Positions 1 to 11,484 are shown, counted from the stretch's first letter. The stretch: 64,000 nucleotides of DNA from an uncultured delta proteobacterium (GCA_963804955.1 CAWDSQ010000022.1:1-64000); one strand, 5' to 3'. The notes: generated from the sequence alone by a model not told the origin. Translations and numbers: made by a program.

Positions 1-620
1 ATGGCACCAGGCCCGCAACATTTGTCGACAGCCTTACCGGTGATGCCGCATTCAGGATCAAGAACTGCCGCATCAAAGGATTTGCCATGCCCGAGCAGCT
101 TGACCGGTTCATAAAAAAAGGCGCGCTCACCTCGATCAGCTTTACCGATGCCGATCTGCAGCTTAAGCTGCGCAGGGACGCGATTGAACTGTCCGGCGCT
201 TTTATAAGCCCCCAGGCCGAGCTGCACCCCTCCGGCCAGGTCGGGCTTAATGCAGAGCTGCATGTGCAGGCGCAGCTTAAGCTGGCAACCGATGTTTTTT
301 CCAGCGATACCAAAATCGCCGACTATCTGCCCCGCGAAGGCGCATGGGTGGTGCTGCCCGTTGTGATCAAGGGAACACTGGATAACCCTTCGTGACGCTC
401 TCCGATGAAGCGCTCAGGCATATCATGCAGGTAACGCTGCCCCGGCTTTTTATGGACATGCTGGAAAAAGCCAAGCGCGAAGAAGCCAATGCCGAAAAAG
501 CCAGGCCCGAAGAAGCCAGGCCAGAAGAGCGCTGAGCCCGAAGAAGCCAGGTCGAGGAAGCTGCTGAATTTGAAAACGAGGATGACAGCCCGGAAGAGCA
601 GGGCAGGCGTGAACGTTATT
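1..620 (+). CDS. C-terminal part of an AsmA-like protein (5' truncated, frameshifted, end approximate)
   Basis: ORF 87-395 ends in 'LPVVIKGTLDNPS', typical of AsmA-like C-termini; coding-like sequence continues in another frame into an acidic repeat tail. Confidence 0.5.
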
Positions 621-629
621 ACGAAGCGG

Positions 630-1691
630 CGGTTCAAATTATATCTTTCAATCATTTCACGGGCGGCAGCAAGCACCGTCTCCGGCGTGATGAGGGTCAT
701 GCAGCGGTGGTCTGTGGGGCAGACGCGCAGATGGCAGGGGCCGCAGTCGACTTTTTCCTGCAGGACAACGGTCTTTTCAAGGTTGCAATCGGTGTGGCGC
801 GAATCGGTCGAGCCCATGATGACCACCACGGGCTTATCAAAGGCCACGCCGAAATGGCGCGGGCCGGTATCATTGGTAATGAGAAGGCCGCAGCAGACTG
901 ATAAGCGCGATGAGCACGTCAAGCGGCACGATGGTATCACCCATGTCGACGGGCTTTTCCTGCATGTGCTCGACAATACGGCGGGCTATGGGCAGCTCGC
1001 CGGGCCCGGGAGCACCAGGATTTTCGCGCCATACTGCGCAATGAGCCCGTCGCAAACGCGGGCAAAATAATCCTCCTTCCAGCATTTCGACGGGCCGAAG
1101 GTTGCGCCGGGTATGACGCGGACATTCACAAAATCGGCAGGAGTTATGCCCCGTTCCGCAAAGAAGGCGTCAACCCAGCCCTGCGCCTCAGCGCTGGTGC
1201 CAAGCTCGGTCCGGGTGCTCAGCTCTCGTGCATCCGAGAAGCCCGCACAGCCCGAGGTCCATCTCCACCTTGTTGACCGGCACGATTCGCCCCTTTTCCC
1301 GCAGCGGTTTTTTTGTGTGCGTGAGCAGGAAGCCGCGGCCATTGCGGCTGTACCCGACGCGCACCGGAATGCCCGCAAGAAAGAGCAGCTGCGCCGAGCT
1401 GAAGGAGCTGGTCATGGCAATGCCCAGGTCAAAGCCGCGCTGCCGCAGCATGCGCACAAAGGCGAGGTATCTTTTCAGCCCCTTGTGTCGGCCCTTGGGG
1501 TCCCACTCGATAATTTCGTCGATGAAGGGTAAGTTTTCAAGCATCCGCCGAAGCGACGGTTTTATAAGAACTGCTATGCGGGCCTGCGGAAACCGCTGCC
1601 TGATGCTTCTGAGCGCCGGCGTGCACATGACGACATCGCCGACCCAGTTGGGGCAGCGGATGAGGATGGAGCGCGGGCTGAGATCATGCAT
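630..1691 (-). CDS. waaF: Lipopolysaccharide heptosyltransferase II (GT9), frameshifted; 3' end approximate
   Basis: Fragments 'ILIRCPNWVGDVVM', 'PGATFGPSKCW', 'LLITNDTGPRHF', 'CGPCHLRVCPTDHRCM' spread over three frames. Confidence 0.85.
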
Positions 1692-3202
1692 TTTCTGTCC
1701 AGTCACTTCGCACTCCCATGAAGCGGTTGAACCGTATGGCATAGTGCATATGGCCTGCTGCCTGCTGCCTGCGCGACTCTTCCTCGTCGCGGGACCGCAG
1801 GGCGTCTTTTGCCTGCGCCCAGTCAGCCGCGGGCATGCTCTCAATGTCCGCCACAAGCTCGGCGTAGCGCTGTGCGCAGGCAAGAGTCGGAGCGGGCATT
1901 AACATACCAGGGAAAAGCCTGCGCAACTTTTTCAAGCCACAGGTTGTGCTCAGGCCCGAAGTCAAGGCAGGACTCGTCGGTGAAGTTTGAGAGCCTGTTC
2001 ATTTTGTCGAAATCGATGCAGCCGTTTTTCAGGCTGATATCGTAGGCCCCGGTATGGGGGAACGGGAAGAAATACCGACCAGCGGAAGCGGCCGGGCTTT
2101 GAGTCGGCCAGCAGCTGTATGGTTTCCAGTACTTCTTCCCGTGTCTCCGTGGGAAGGCCGATCATGACGAATGTTGACGAGTGCAGGCCCGCCTCTTCGG
2201 CAACGCCAGGGCCCGCGTGATTGCGTCGTTTTTCATGTGGCGGTTCATGACCTCGCGGCGCACGCGCCGGCTGCCGCTTTCAATGCCGAACTTTACGATG
2301 GAGCAGCCGGCATCTTTGAGATTGCGGGCCATGTCCGCATCAAAAATCTGCACATGGGCATTGACCGTGAAGGGAATGCTTGAGATTTTTTTATATTCGG
2401 CGCAGAACTCCCGCAGGTAGCTGCGGTCGAAGGTAAAGAGATCATCGTCGAAAATGAACATGCTGATGCCGGTATAGGTTGCCTGCAAGTGCGTGATCTC
2501 GTCAATCGCATCCTGCACCGGGTGATGGCGCACATATTTGAGCCTGCCCTGGGGCAGGCTCCAGGTCGCGGCAGTAGAGCTCGACAATCTGGTGATTGAA
2601 GCAGTAGGAGCAGCGAAACGGGCATCCGCGCGAGGCCATGAGCCCGACCCAGCCGTTTTTCGCATCGATCATTTTCTGAAAGTCAAATAGTCCGTAATCC
2701 TTGGGCGGCAACTCCTCCAGCGGGATGAAAGGGCTAACCCTGTTTTTTATGATGATTGTCCGTTTTTTTTGTAGCAGATGTTGGAAACGCCCGAGAGATC
2801 GCCTCCGGTTTCCAGGGCGCGCACATAGTCGCGCAGGGCGTACTCGCTTTCGCCGATAAAAACGGCATCAAAGAAGCCCGTAGCAAGCATCTCCTGCGGA
2901 GAGATCGTGGGATGAATGCCGCCGCAGACAATGGGCGCGCTGACATGCTTTTTTATTTCTTCAGCCATCTGTACGGCAAAGCCGGCCTGGTTGGTGACCA
3001 GTGAAAACGCAATGACATCCGGGCCGAAGGCGCGTACGTCTGAGACGATGCGGGCAAGGTCAAGGGGATACCCGAGCTGTTCGTTGACATTGAGCAGCCC
3101 TGTAGTATGGCCGGCCTGCTTGAGCACCGCCGAGAGATAGGCGATGCCGTAGTTGAAGCCGATCTGGGCGTTGAGATTGGGGTAGATGAAAAGTATTTTC
3201 AT
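1684..3202 (-). CDS. B12-binding domain radical SAM protein, frameshifted
   Basis: 'MKILFIYP', 'GGIHPT', 'IGESE', 'SRGCPFRCSYC', 'FDDDLFT', 'GIESGS', 'IGLPTET' in successive fragments. Confidence 0.85.
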
Positions 3203-3288
3203 GGTGAACCGTTTCGCGTTTATCAGAGGCTTGTTGTATACACCACAAGGCCAGCCATGTCCAGTGCCGGCGGCCGGGAGGGTCGGCT

Positions 3289-5447
3289 TTAAGCCTGTAA
3301 TCTGCGGGCCAGCTGCGTGTGGCGCAGACTTGTTTTATTGTTTTTTACCGCCATTGCCAGGGCCTTTTTCATGCCCACGAGCACGACCAGCCGCCTGCCG
3401 CGCGTAATCCCGGTATAGAGCAGATTGCGCTGCAGCATCATATAGTGCTGCGTGTGAACGGGTAGAATGACGGCCGGAAATTCCGACCCCTGCGCTTTGT
3501 GCACCGATACGGCATAGGCCGGATCAAGCTCTTCAAGCTCGGAGAACTCATACACGACCGGCCTGCCGTCAAATGAAATGATGAGCCGCTGCTGCTTTGG
3601 GTCGGCAGCAATAATTCTTCCCATGTCGCCGTTGAAAACGTCTTTGTCGTAATTGTTTTTTATCTGCATGACCTTGTCGCGCAGCCGGAAACGGAAGCCC
3701 CCGCGGGCGGCAACCGGCTCGCCGGGGTTCAAGGCATTTTGCAGCTCCAGGTTCAGCCGCTCCACGCCGATCACGCCCCGGTACATGGGGCAGAGCACCT
3801 GAATGTCGTCAACGGGGTCAAGGCCGAATCGGGCGGGAATGCGGCGGGCGGCCAGGTCAAGAATGATTTTGAGCATCTCATCGGGTTCTTCCTTTTCAAT
3901 AAAGTAGAAGTCTTCCAGACGGCCGCGCCCGGGGAGAAATCGGGCAGGCAGCCGCTGTTGACGGCATGGGCGCCTGTGATGATGCGGCTCTCGCTGGCCT
4001 GCCGGAAAATTTCCGTGAGTTCCACGACGCGAACCGCGCCCGAGGCAATGATGTCCTGCAGCACGCTGCCCGGCCCCACCGACGGCAGCTGATTTACATC
4101 CCCCACAAGTATAAGCGCTGCATCAGGCGGAACGGCTTTGAGCAGGTGATACATGAGCGGCGCATCGACCATGGACGCCTCATCGATGATGAGGGCGCCG
4201 CACACAAGAGGGTCGAGCCCGCTTTTTTCAAAAGACCCGCTCTGCGGATTGTACTTGAGCAGGCGATGAATCGTTTTTGCCTCGACGCCTGTCGTTTCCG
4301 TCATGCGCTTTGCAGCCCGGCCCGTAGGAGCTGCAAGCAGCACAGCGGCCTGCATGCGGGTAAACAGCTCCAGCACCGCACGGATAATGGTTGTTTTTCC
4401 CGTGCCCGGACCGCCGGTTATGACAAGGGCTTTTTCAGTGGCGGCAAGCAGCACGGCCCTGCGCTGAAGCGGGGCAAGCTGCATATTCAGGCCTTTCTGC
4501 ACCGCTTCAAGGAGCCTGTCGGGGCTGCCGGCGGCGCGCCGGGAGGCCGGCCTCACCGTGAGAGCCTTCAGCCGCGCGGCAATGCCTGTTTCACAGCCGT
4601 AGAGAGCGGAGGTGTAGACCCGTGTGCTTTCGTCCGCCACAGCATCAATAACAATTTTTTTTTGCGCCGCAAGCCTGTCAAGGGCTTGTTCCACGGCATC
4701 GTTTTTCACCTGCAGGAGCACGGCGCAGTGTGCGGCCAGGCCGTGGAGGGGATAGCACAGATGGCCTTCTTGAGAGAACTGCTGAAGCGCATAGAGCACC
4801 CCGGCTTCGATGCGCTGCGGCGAGTCATGGGGCAGGCCGAGTTTAACGGCAATGGCGTCGGATGTGAGAAACCCGATGCCGGAAATATCTGCGGCCATGC
4901 GGTAGGGGTTGTCCCGGATGACCTGCAGGGCATTGGCGCCGTAGTGCCGGTATATTTTTGCGGCATAACCGGCTCCTACGTCATGGCTTTGCAGAAAAAG
5001 CATGAGATCGCGTATGCCGTGCTGCGCCCGCCATGCCCGGGTTATCATGTCTATGCGTGACGGGCCGATTCCCTCAACTTCGCCCAATCGATGCGGGGCT
5101 GTGCCGATGACATCAAGCGTTGCCGTGCCGAACCGGTCGACAATCCGCTCGGCCATGACCGGGCCGATGCCCTTGATGAGGCAGGAGCCAAGATATTTTT
5201 CAATACCCTGCAGGGTGGCGGGCAGAACCGTTTCGCAGCTGCGCACCTTGAATTGCATGCCGAAGCGCGGGTGCGACGACCATTGTCCCTGCAGGCGCAG
5301 CTGCTCGCCGCTGCGTGCAGAGGGCATGGCGCCGACAATGGTCACCGGCTCGGCATGGCCCTGCGCTTTGAGCCTGCCGACAATGTAGCCATTGTCGGGG
5401 TTTGAATAAACAATCTGCTCCAGTTCACCGGAAAGGGTTGCAGGCAT
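3289..5447 (-). CDS. recD2: ATP-dependent RecD-like DNA helicase (RecD2), frameshifted near 3900
   Basis: HhH 'IKGIGPVMA', Walker A 'GGPGTGKTT', 'IIDEASMVD', 'AYAVSVHKAQGSEF', 'RNLLYTGITRG'. Confidence 0.93.
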
Positions 5448-5613
5448 GGCTTTTAAGCTGAAAAAATTTCACGTAATAAAAAAACAATAAAAAACATTGC
5501 TAATTTCGTCAGACGATTTATAATTTGTCAATAAAAAACGCCAAAGCTTCATCAGCTTTAATCTCGTTTGCCGGCGCGGATGGTAATGATACTTATTAAA
5601 GGGCTTTAAAGTC

Positions 5614-6945
5614 ATGCATAAATTATATAAACCGCACGTATTTATGATTCTTGTTTTGTGCGCTGTCCTCCCACCGGCGGCACAGGGCAAAGTATATATC
5701 GATATCTTTAACCCCTCATCGCGCAGCCTGCCGATCATCATTCCGCCGTTCAGGTCAAGCGGCGATTTCGACCGCGAAGGCATAGCATCAAAAGCCGGGC
5801 AGGTGATAGCTGACGATCTTGATTTTTCGGGTGTTTTCAGAGCTGTTGACCCCAGCGCCGCAGGCGGCGCGATTATGGACGGCGACAGAATAAAATGGGA
5901 TATGGTGTCCATGCTCGGCGCCGAGGCTATTATAACGGGCACGGTGAAGATTTCCTCGGCCAGCGCTGTTTTTGAAATTCGTTTATACGATGCAGTCCAG
6001 CAAAAGCAAATGGTCGGCAAGAAGTATGAAGGCAGCGTTGAAGATTACCGTGAAATAGCCCACCGCTTTGCCAATGAAGTTTTTAAAACAATGACCGGCG
6101 CCCGCGGCGTATTTGACACAAAGATCGCCTATGTTCGAAGCAATCTGCGCGACAAGGACATTGTGCTTGCGGATTATGACGGAGCCAATGCCCGCCAGCT
6201 GACAAACTATCATTCCCTGACCATCGGGCCTGCCTGGTCTCATGACGGCAGGCAGCTTGCATTCACATCGTATAAGGATGGGAACCCGAATCTGTATGTG
6301 CTGGGGGTTGATCTGTACCGCAGGACGGCAAAGGGATCGCCCCAACTGGTGTCAAAAAAGAAGGGCGTCAACATTACGCCGTCATGGTCCCCTGATGATG
6401 AAAGAATTGCCTTGACATTAAATTTGAATAACGGTAATTCAGAAATTTATATACACACGCTGGCTACGAAAGCGCTTGAGCGCGTCACCAATGACTGGGC
6501 CACGGACGTATCGCCGTCATGGTCGCCTGACGGCAGAATGATAACGTTTGTTTCAGACCGCACCGGGGGGCCTCAAATTTACACGGCAGACCTTTCTTCG
6601 GGGCGCTTCAAGCGTATCAGTTTCAATGAAAGCAGCTACAATACCTCTCCTGCGTGGTCTCCCCGGGGCGACAGGATCGCGTATGTCGGCCAGGTTGGCG
6701 GAAGGTTTAACATTTTTATAGCAAGCACCGACGGCCAGTATCAGCAGCAGATCACGAGCGGGCAGGGCAACAATGAAGACCCGGCATGGTCGCCGGATGG
6801 CCGGTTTCTTGCTTTCAGCTCCAGCCGAACGGGGCAGCGGGAAATATATATTATGCGCGCAGACGGCAATGGCGCAAAAAGAATAACCTTCGGAAAAGGA
6901 AATAAAACCGAGCCGGCATGGTCGTCCGGTTTTGCCAATCAATAA
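5614..6945 (+). CDS. tolB: Tol-Pal beta-propeller protein TolB
   Basis: Signal peptide, TolB_N 'IADDLDFSGVF', repeated PD40 'PAWSPDG' motifs; directly upstream of pal. Confidence 0.95.
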   Translation: MHKLYKPHVFMILVLCAVLPPAAQGKVYIDIFNPSSRSLPIIIPPFRSSGDFDREGIASKAGQVIADDLDFSGVFRAVDPSAAGGAIMDGDRIKWDMVSMLGAEAIITGTVKISSASAVFEIRLYDAVQQKQMVGKKYEGSVEDYREIAHRFANEVFKTMTGARGVFDTKIAYVRSNLRDKDIVLADYDGANARQLTNYHSLTIGPAWSHDGRQLAFTSYKDGNPNLYVLGVDLYRRTAKGSPQLVSKKKGVNITPSWSPDDERIALTLNLNNGNSEIYIHTLATKALERVTNDWATDVSPSWSPDGRMITFVSDRTGGPQIYTADLSSGRFKRISFNESSYNTSPAWSPRGDRIAYVGQVGGRFNIFIASTDGQYQQQITSGQGNNEDPAWSPDGRFLAFSSSRTGQREIYIMRADGNGAKRITFGKGNKTEPAWSSGFANQ

Positions 6946-7000
6946 AATTCAGCTTTAAGTTACTTACATATTAATAATCTTACACAAGGGAGAAAAAGAG

Positions 7001-7498
7001 ATGAAACACTACCTGAGACTGCTGTTGAATGTTGCATGCGCCGTAGCGCTTGTTTTCAGCTTTGCATGCGCCAAGAAACAGATCAAAGACGATCAGATTG
7101 AAGCGCCCGCCGACTCCGATCTGAATGCCAGCGAATTCCAGGAAATTACCGATCCGGCTATCAAGGCCATATTCCAGGATGTTCGTTTTGACTATGACCG
7201 GTTTGCACTGAGGGCCGATGCCAAGAAGACCCTGTCGGCTATCGCCGGCTGGCTCAATCAGAACCCCGGCCGCAGAGTGCTTATTGAAGGTCATTGCGAT
7301 GCCCGCGGCACTGCCGAGTACAACCTTGCACTGGGCGAGCGGCGCGCCAACAGCGCCAAGACTTTTCTGGTTGAGCAGGGTGTTGCCGACAAGAGCATCG
7401 CCACCATCAGCTATGGCAAGGAAAGACCCGTCTGTGAAGATGCGGGTGAATCCTGCTATGCAAAAAATAGAAGAGACCACTTCCTTCTGAGCAAGTAA
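7001..7498 (+). CDS. pal: Peptidoglycan-associated lipoprotein Pal
   Basis: Lipobox 'FAC', OmpA-like 'IEGHCDARGTAEYNLALGERRA', 'ISYGKERP'. Confidence 0.95.
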   Translation: MKHYLRLLLNVACAVALVFSFACAKKQIKDDQIEAPADSDLNASEFQEITDPAIKAIFQDVRFDYDRFALRADAKKTLSAIAGWLNQNPGRRVLIEGHCDARGTAEYNLALGERRANSAKTFLVEQGVADKSIATISYGKERPVCEDAGESCYAKNRRDHFLLSK

Positions 7499-7510
7499 AG
7501 TTTGCAAGCG

Positions 7511-7548
7511 GCATCTCTCCGGCCGGGTGGCCGGAGAGATGCTTTTTT
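7511..7548 (+). terminator. Intrinsic terminator-like hairpin after pal
   Basis: GCATCTCTCCGGCC-loop-GGCCGGAGAGATGC followed by T6. Confidence 0.75.
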
Positions 7549-7577
7549 ACCCTGAACCATCAGTCAGTGCAACCGCC

Positions 7578-8318
7578 ATGAAACCATATCGTTTTTTTAT
7601 TCTTGCGACACTGCTCCTGCTGCCGTCCTGCGCCCAGAACCTCCAGAATCAGATCGATGAGCAGGGAAAGGCAATTACGATTCTGCAGCGCAAAAATCAG
7701 GAGCTTGACCGGTCACTGAGGCGGCTTCGCGATGACTGCGAAAACGACATGGAAAAGCTCCGCTACGACATGAAAACCATGCGCAGCGCCACTGAGCAGA
7801 AAACCCAGCAGGAAGCCGGCGGCATGGATGCCCAGGGCGATGCTGCAGTACAGCCGGGAGAAACAGTTGAAAGCATGCCTCCGGGGAGTGCCCCTGTGCC
7901 CCGCCAGTTGCGCCCAGTGCCGCCGTCTGCGTCGCTTACCGATAAGGATATGTACAATCAGGCCTATGCTGTGTACAACGGCGGCGACTATGCAAAATCC
8001 CGTAAAATGTTTAATGATTTCCTCAAAACGCATCCCGGCAGCCAGCTTGCCGGCAGCTCACAGTACTGGATTGCAAGCGCGTATTTCAAGGAACGGCAAT
8101 ACGAGGAAGCAATTTCGACCTGTGATGATGTCATCAAAAAATATCCCCAGGGCAATAAAACTCCGGATGCCTATTATCTTCAGGCTCTTGCCTTTTGCGA
8201 AATAAAGGATTCCACGACCGCGCAGATTATTCTTGAAGACCTCATTCAAAAGTACCCGAATTCCGAGGCTGCCAATGCGGGCAAACTGAAGTATGAGGAG
8301 CTGAAAAGTAAAAATTGA
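7578..8318 (+). CDS. cpoB: Tol-Pal system protein YbgF/CpoB
   Basis: Lipoprotein signal, coiled coil, TPR region 'SQYWIASAYF...KYPQGNKTPDAYY'; downstream of pal. Confidence 0.88.
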   Translation: MKPYRFFILATLLLLPSCAQNLQNQIDEQGKAITILQRKNQELDRSLRRLRDDCENDMEKLRYDMKTMRSATEQKTQQEAGGMDAQGDAAVQPGETVESMPPGSAPVPRQLRPVPPSASLTDKDMYNQAYAVYNGGDYAKSRKMFNDFLKTHPGSQLAGSSQYWIASAYFKERQYEEAISTCDDVIKKYPQGNKTPDAYYLQALAFCEIKDSTTAQIILEDLIQKYPNSEAANAGKLKYEELKSKN

Positions 8319-8479
8319 CCATGTGAAGCCCGTCTGCCGATGCGCCATTGTACCATTGCAGAGCACGTGCCGTATTGCAAGCCTGTCCCGTCAAACTGAT
8401 TGTCAAAAGCCGCCATTTTGCCTATACTGCTTTCCTGCTGAAGTTCTTGTTCACATACCGCATAAGGAGAAAAACCACC

Positions 8480-9628
8480 ATGAAAGTACCACTTCTTGAT
8501 CTGAAGGGGCAGTACCAGTCCATTAAAGATGAAATGACGCCCGTCCTCACTGAGGTCATCGAGTCGCAGCTGTTTATTCTGGGGCCGAATGTAGAAAAGC
8601 TTGAAGCCGAAATCGCCCGCTATTGCGGCGCACCGTATGCCGTTGGGGTGACCTCGGGCTCTGATGCGCTGCTGCTGGCGCTCATGGCGATGGATATACA
8701 GCCCGGCGATACAGTCATTACGACACCCTACACGTTTTTCGCAACCGCAGGGTCCATATGCCGCATCGGGGCTGTGCCGCTTTTTGTGGATATTGCTCCC
8801 GACACCTTTACTATCGATCCGGCAAAGCTCCGCGCTCTGCTTGAGCGCCTGCCCGAGGCTGAGCGCTGCCGCGTGAAGGCCATCATGCCGGTGCATCTCT
8901 ATGGCCAGTGCGCTGATATGCCCGAAATTATGGCGATTGCCCGGCAGTACAATCTCAAAGTTATTGAAGATGCAGCGCAGGCCCTTGGCGCGGCAATCAC
9001 CATGGACGGCGCGGAGCGCAAAGCCTGCGCGATAGGGGATTTCGGCTGCATCTCCTTTTTTCCTTCAAAGAATCTCGGCTGCTTCGGCGACGGCGGCATG
9101 GTGACGGCCCGTGACGAGCAGTTCGCGCGGAAGCTTAAAAGCCTGCGCATGCACGGCCAGACGCATACGTATCATCACCAGTATATCGGCATGAACGGCA
9201 GGCTTGACGCTCTGCAGGCAGCGGTACTGCTGGTGAAACTGCCGCATCTGGACTCGTGGGCCGCGGGCAGGCGGAAGAACGCTGCAGTGTATGAAAAGCT
9301 TTTTGCAGAGGCGGGGCTTCTGGAGTTCATAACGCCACCCGCAAAACGCGCAGACCGCAGTCATGTCTATAATCAGTTCATCATCCGCGCGAACACGAGA
9401 GATGCCTTAAAAGAGCACCTTGACAGGAACGGCATCGGCACGGCGGTATACTATCCGCTGTGCCTGCACCTTCAGGACTGCTTCAGGTTTCTCGGCGGCA
9501 AACAGGGCGATTACCCTGAAGCGGAAAAAGCTTCACGGGAAACCCTGGCGCTGCCTGTTTTTCCCGAGCTGAAACGCGAGCAGATTGAATATGTCGTTGA
9601 GCAGATCACGGCGTTTTATAAAAAATAA
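8480..9628 (+). CDS. DegT/DnrJ/EryC1/StrS family PLP aminotransferase
   Basis: 'VPLLDLK', 'IMPVHLYGQ', 'IEDAAQA', 'SFFPSKNLGCFGDGG'. Confidence 0.95.
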   Translation: MKVPLLDLKGQYQSIKDEMTPVLTEVIESQLFILGPNVEKLEAEIARYCGAPYAVGVTSGSDALLLALMAMDIQPGDTVITTPYTFFATAGSICRIGAVPLFVDIAPDTFTIDPAKLRALLERLPEAERCRVKAIMPVHLYGQCADMPEIMAIARQYNLKVIEDAAQALGAAITMDGAERKACAIGDFGCISFFPSKNLGCFGDGGMVTARDEQFARKLKSLRMHGQTHTYHHQYIGMNGRLDALQAAVLLVKLPHLDSWAAGRRKNAAVYEKLFAEAGLLEFITPPAKRADRSHVYNQFIIRANTRDALKEHLDRNGIGTAVYYPLCLHLQDCFRFLGGKQGDYPEAEKASRETLALPVFPELKREQIEYVVEQITAFYKK

Positions 9629-9643
9629 TGGTTCTGCAGAGAA

Positions 9644-9677
9644 TAAAAAAAGCCCGCCTTTCACGGCGGGCTTTTTT
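9644..9677. terminator. Bidirectional intrinsic terminator
   Basis: A-tract + GCCCGCC/GGCGGGC stem + T-tract between convergent genes. Confidence 0.85.
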
Positions 9678-9697
9678 GTTGTCAGGCAAGATGTATG

Positions 9698-10480
9698 CTA
9701 TTTCTTTCCTCCCGGATAGAGTATCTGAACGGCATGAAAGCCCTTTTCCTTGAAACCCCGGTTCATGATGACAATGCGCTCGGGCACGACTTTGGTGATG
9801 ATTTTGCCGGCCCTTATCATTTCTATCAGTGCGTCAACGGAGGGCGGCTGTGGCATGGTCGGGTTGGGTGCGGGCATGGGCAGCGTCGGAATATAAATTC
9901 GCGCGGCCTTTTCAAACTCGGGGTCTGTGCCCTGCAGCACGGTTGCTTTGCCCACAATCTGTACACCCAGTGCTGAGCCGAAGTAATCGTAGTTTTCGCG
10001 CTGCTTCATATAGGCCATGGATACATTTTGATTGGATGCCATCTGAAACAGCTTTTCCGTCTGCTTTTCAGACATGGCATAAAAGGTAAAGGTTGCGGGA
10101 TCGATCACGAATTCGATGACCGTTGCAAGGGGTTTGTTTTCATAGGACGTCGCCAGGGCATAAATCTCGCGGTAGTCTCCCTTGCCCTTGAGCGTATTCA
10201 ACACGGCCTCTTCGATTTCCTTGCGCGGGGCAGTGCCCTTTTTGCTTTTTTTCATGGCCATGGTGGCCGATGTGTAAGCATCAACGCCGTCATAGCTGTG
10301 GCAGTCCAGGCACTTCATTTTTTCATCATATACGCCGTGATGGGGCGGCTTTTTTGTGGGGGTCACGTACAGCCATTTCGGCCCGCCTTTTTCCCAAGCG
10401 GTCTGCTCAGCGGCATATGCACCGTTCTGAAGCAGCGCGGTTGCGGCAAGGGCAACCAGAATAACCAGAGTTTTTTTCAT
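9698..10480 (-). CDS. Exported pyridoxamine 5'-phosphate oxidase-like (split-barrel) protein with one CxxCH and a flavinylation-like motif
   Basis: Signal peptide ending AYA; 'CLDCH'; 'VDAYTSAT'; split-barrel pattern 'ALATSYENKP...TEKLFQMASNQNVS...GVQIVGKA'. Confidence 0.7.
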   Translation of the reverse strand: MKKTLVILVALAATALLQNGAYAAEQTAWEKGGPKWLYVTPTKKPPHHGVYDEKMKCLDCHSYDGVDAYTSATMAMKKSKKGTAPRKEIEEAVLNTLKGKGDYREIYALATSYENKPLATVIEFVIDPATFTFYAMSEKQTEKLFQMASNQNVSMAYMKQRENYDYFGSALGVQIVGKATVLQGTDPEFEKAARIYIPTLPMPAPNPTMPQPPSVDALIEMIRAGKIITKVVPERIVIMNRGFKEKGFHAVQILYPGGKK

Positions 10481-10749
10481 GTTCAGTTCCTCCAAAAAAT
10501 ATTAATAATTATAATTAATTGTTTGCTTACTAAGTATAGGGAAAATACAGGCTCTTGTCAAATATCTGCTTGGTTTTTCCAAAGAGAATAATATATGCAG
10601 AATAAAAATTTGCACACAAAAAAGTGTAAACACTAAAGATTAAAAATTGTTTTCCGAAATACTATTTCATGGTTTCACCGCGGCTTGGGAAAACAGCATT
10701 TCCTAAGGCATTCAAAAGAGATAAGCACATGCTTGCGCGAGAAAGAGCC

Positions 10750-10779
10750 TTGACACCCGGAGCAAAAGATGCGTATAAT
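10750..10779 (+). promoter_or_regulatory. Sigma70 promoter of tRNA-Pro
   Basis: TTGACA-N18-TATAAT, 9 nt upstream of the tRNA. Confidence 0.85.
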
Positions 10780-10788
10780 GACTCCCGT

Positions 10789-10865
10789 CGGGGCGTAGCG
10801 CAGTCTGGTAGCGCACTTGAATGGGGTTCAAGTGGTCGCTGGTTCAAATCCAGTCGCCCCGACCA
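10789..10865 (+). tRNA. tRNA-Pro (GGG)
   Basis: Acceptor CGGGGCG/CGCCCCG, anticodon stem CTTGA/TCAAG with GGG, T-loop GGTTCAAATCC, encoded CCA. Confidence 0.97.
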
Positions 10866-10947
10866 TTTTTTTTATCCATCACTGTTCAGCTGTCCGCCTG
10901 CTCTGATCGGTGCTCCACAGCACATCGAAACGAAAAAATCCCCTTTA

Positions 10948-11484
10948 ATAAAGACTCCGGTCATTTTTTTTCTGATAGTGCTTGCCTGCTCGCTCTCGGC
11001 CTGCTCGCTGTTTAAATCAGCATCCATTGAAAAGCAGGGCCTGTCCGCTGAAGACCGCGCTTTCTACAGCACCTATTCACAAAAGCTCGGCATTCGTTTT
11101 ACGGGAACGGAAAACAAACACCTTATAAAAACCATTGACGGCTGGATGGGTGTTCCCTATCGATTGGGGGGGTGCTCCAAAAACGGCATCGACTGCTCCT
11201 GCTTCGTGCAGGCGGTGTATGCCGACGTCTACGGCATAGCCCTCAGGCGCTCGTCCAGCGAAATGTTCGGGGATGTGCGCACGGTGGCTGTAAAGGACCT
11301 CAAGGAGGGGGACCTGCTGTTCCTCAAAAAGCCCGGTAGAAAAATTTCCCATGTGGGGATTTACCTGAAGGACAAAAAGTTCGTGCACGTAACCACGGCC
11401 CGCGGCGTGGTCATAAGCAACCTGCATGAAGACTATTATCAGAAATATTTTCATGCCGGCGGCCGCATTGCAGCAAACCGGTGA
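10948..11484 (+). CDS. NlpC/P60 family lipoprotein peptidoglycan hydrolase (start uncertain)
   Basis: Lipobox 'LSACS', 'GVPYRLGG...GIDCSCFV', 'SHVGIYL...FVH'. Confidence 0.9.
   Translation: MKTPVIFFLIVLACSLSACSLFKSASIEKQGLSAEDRAFYSTYSQKLGIRFTGTENKHLIKTIDGWMGVPYRLGGCSKNGIDCSCFVQAVYADVYGIALRRSSSEMFGDVRTVAVKDLKEGDLLFLKKPGRKISHVGIYLKDKKFVHVTTARGVVISNLHEDYYQKYFHAGGRIAANR

Noticed and set aside
10789..10865. Genomic island integrated at tRNA-Pro
   Set aside because: I saw no integrase and no duplicated tRNA 3' end within the window
10669..10947. N-terminal extension of the NlpC/P60 ORF
   Set aside because: It runs through the tRNA-Pro gene and its promoter; the lipoprotein signal indicates a later start
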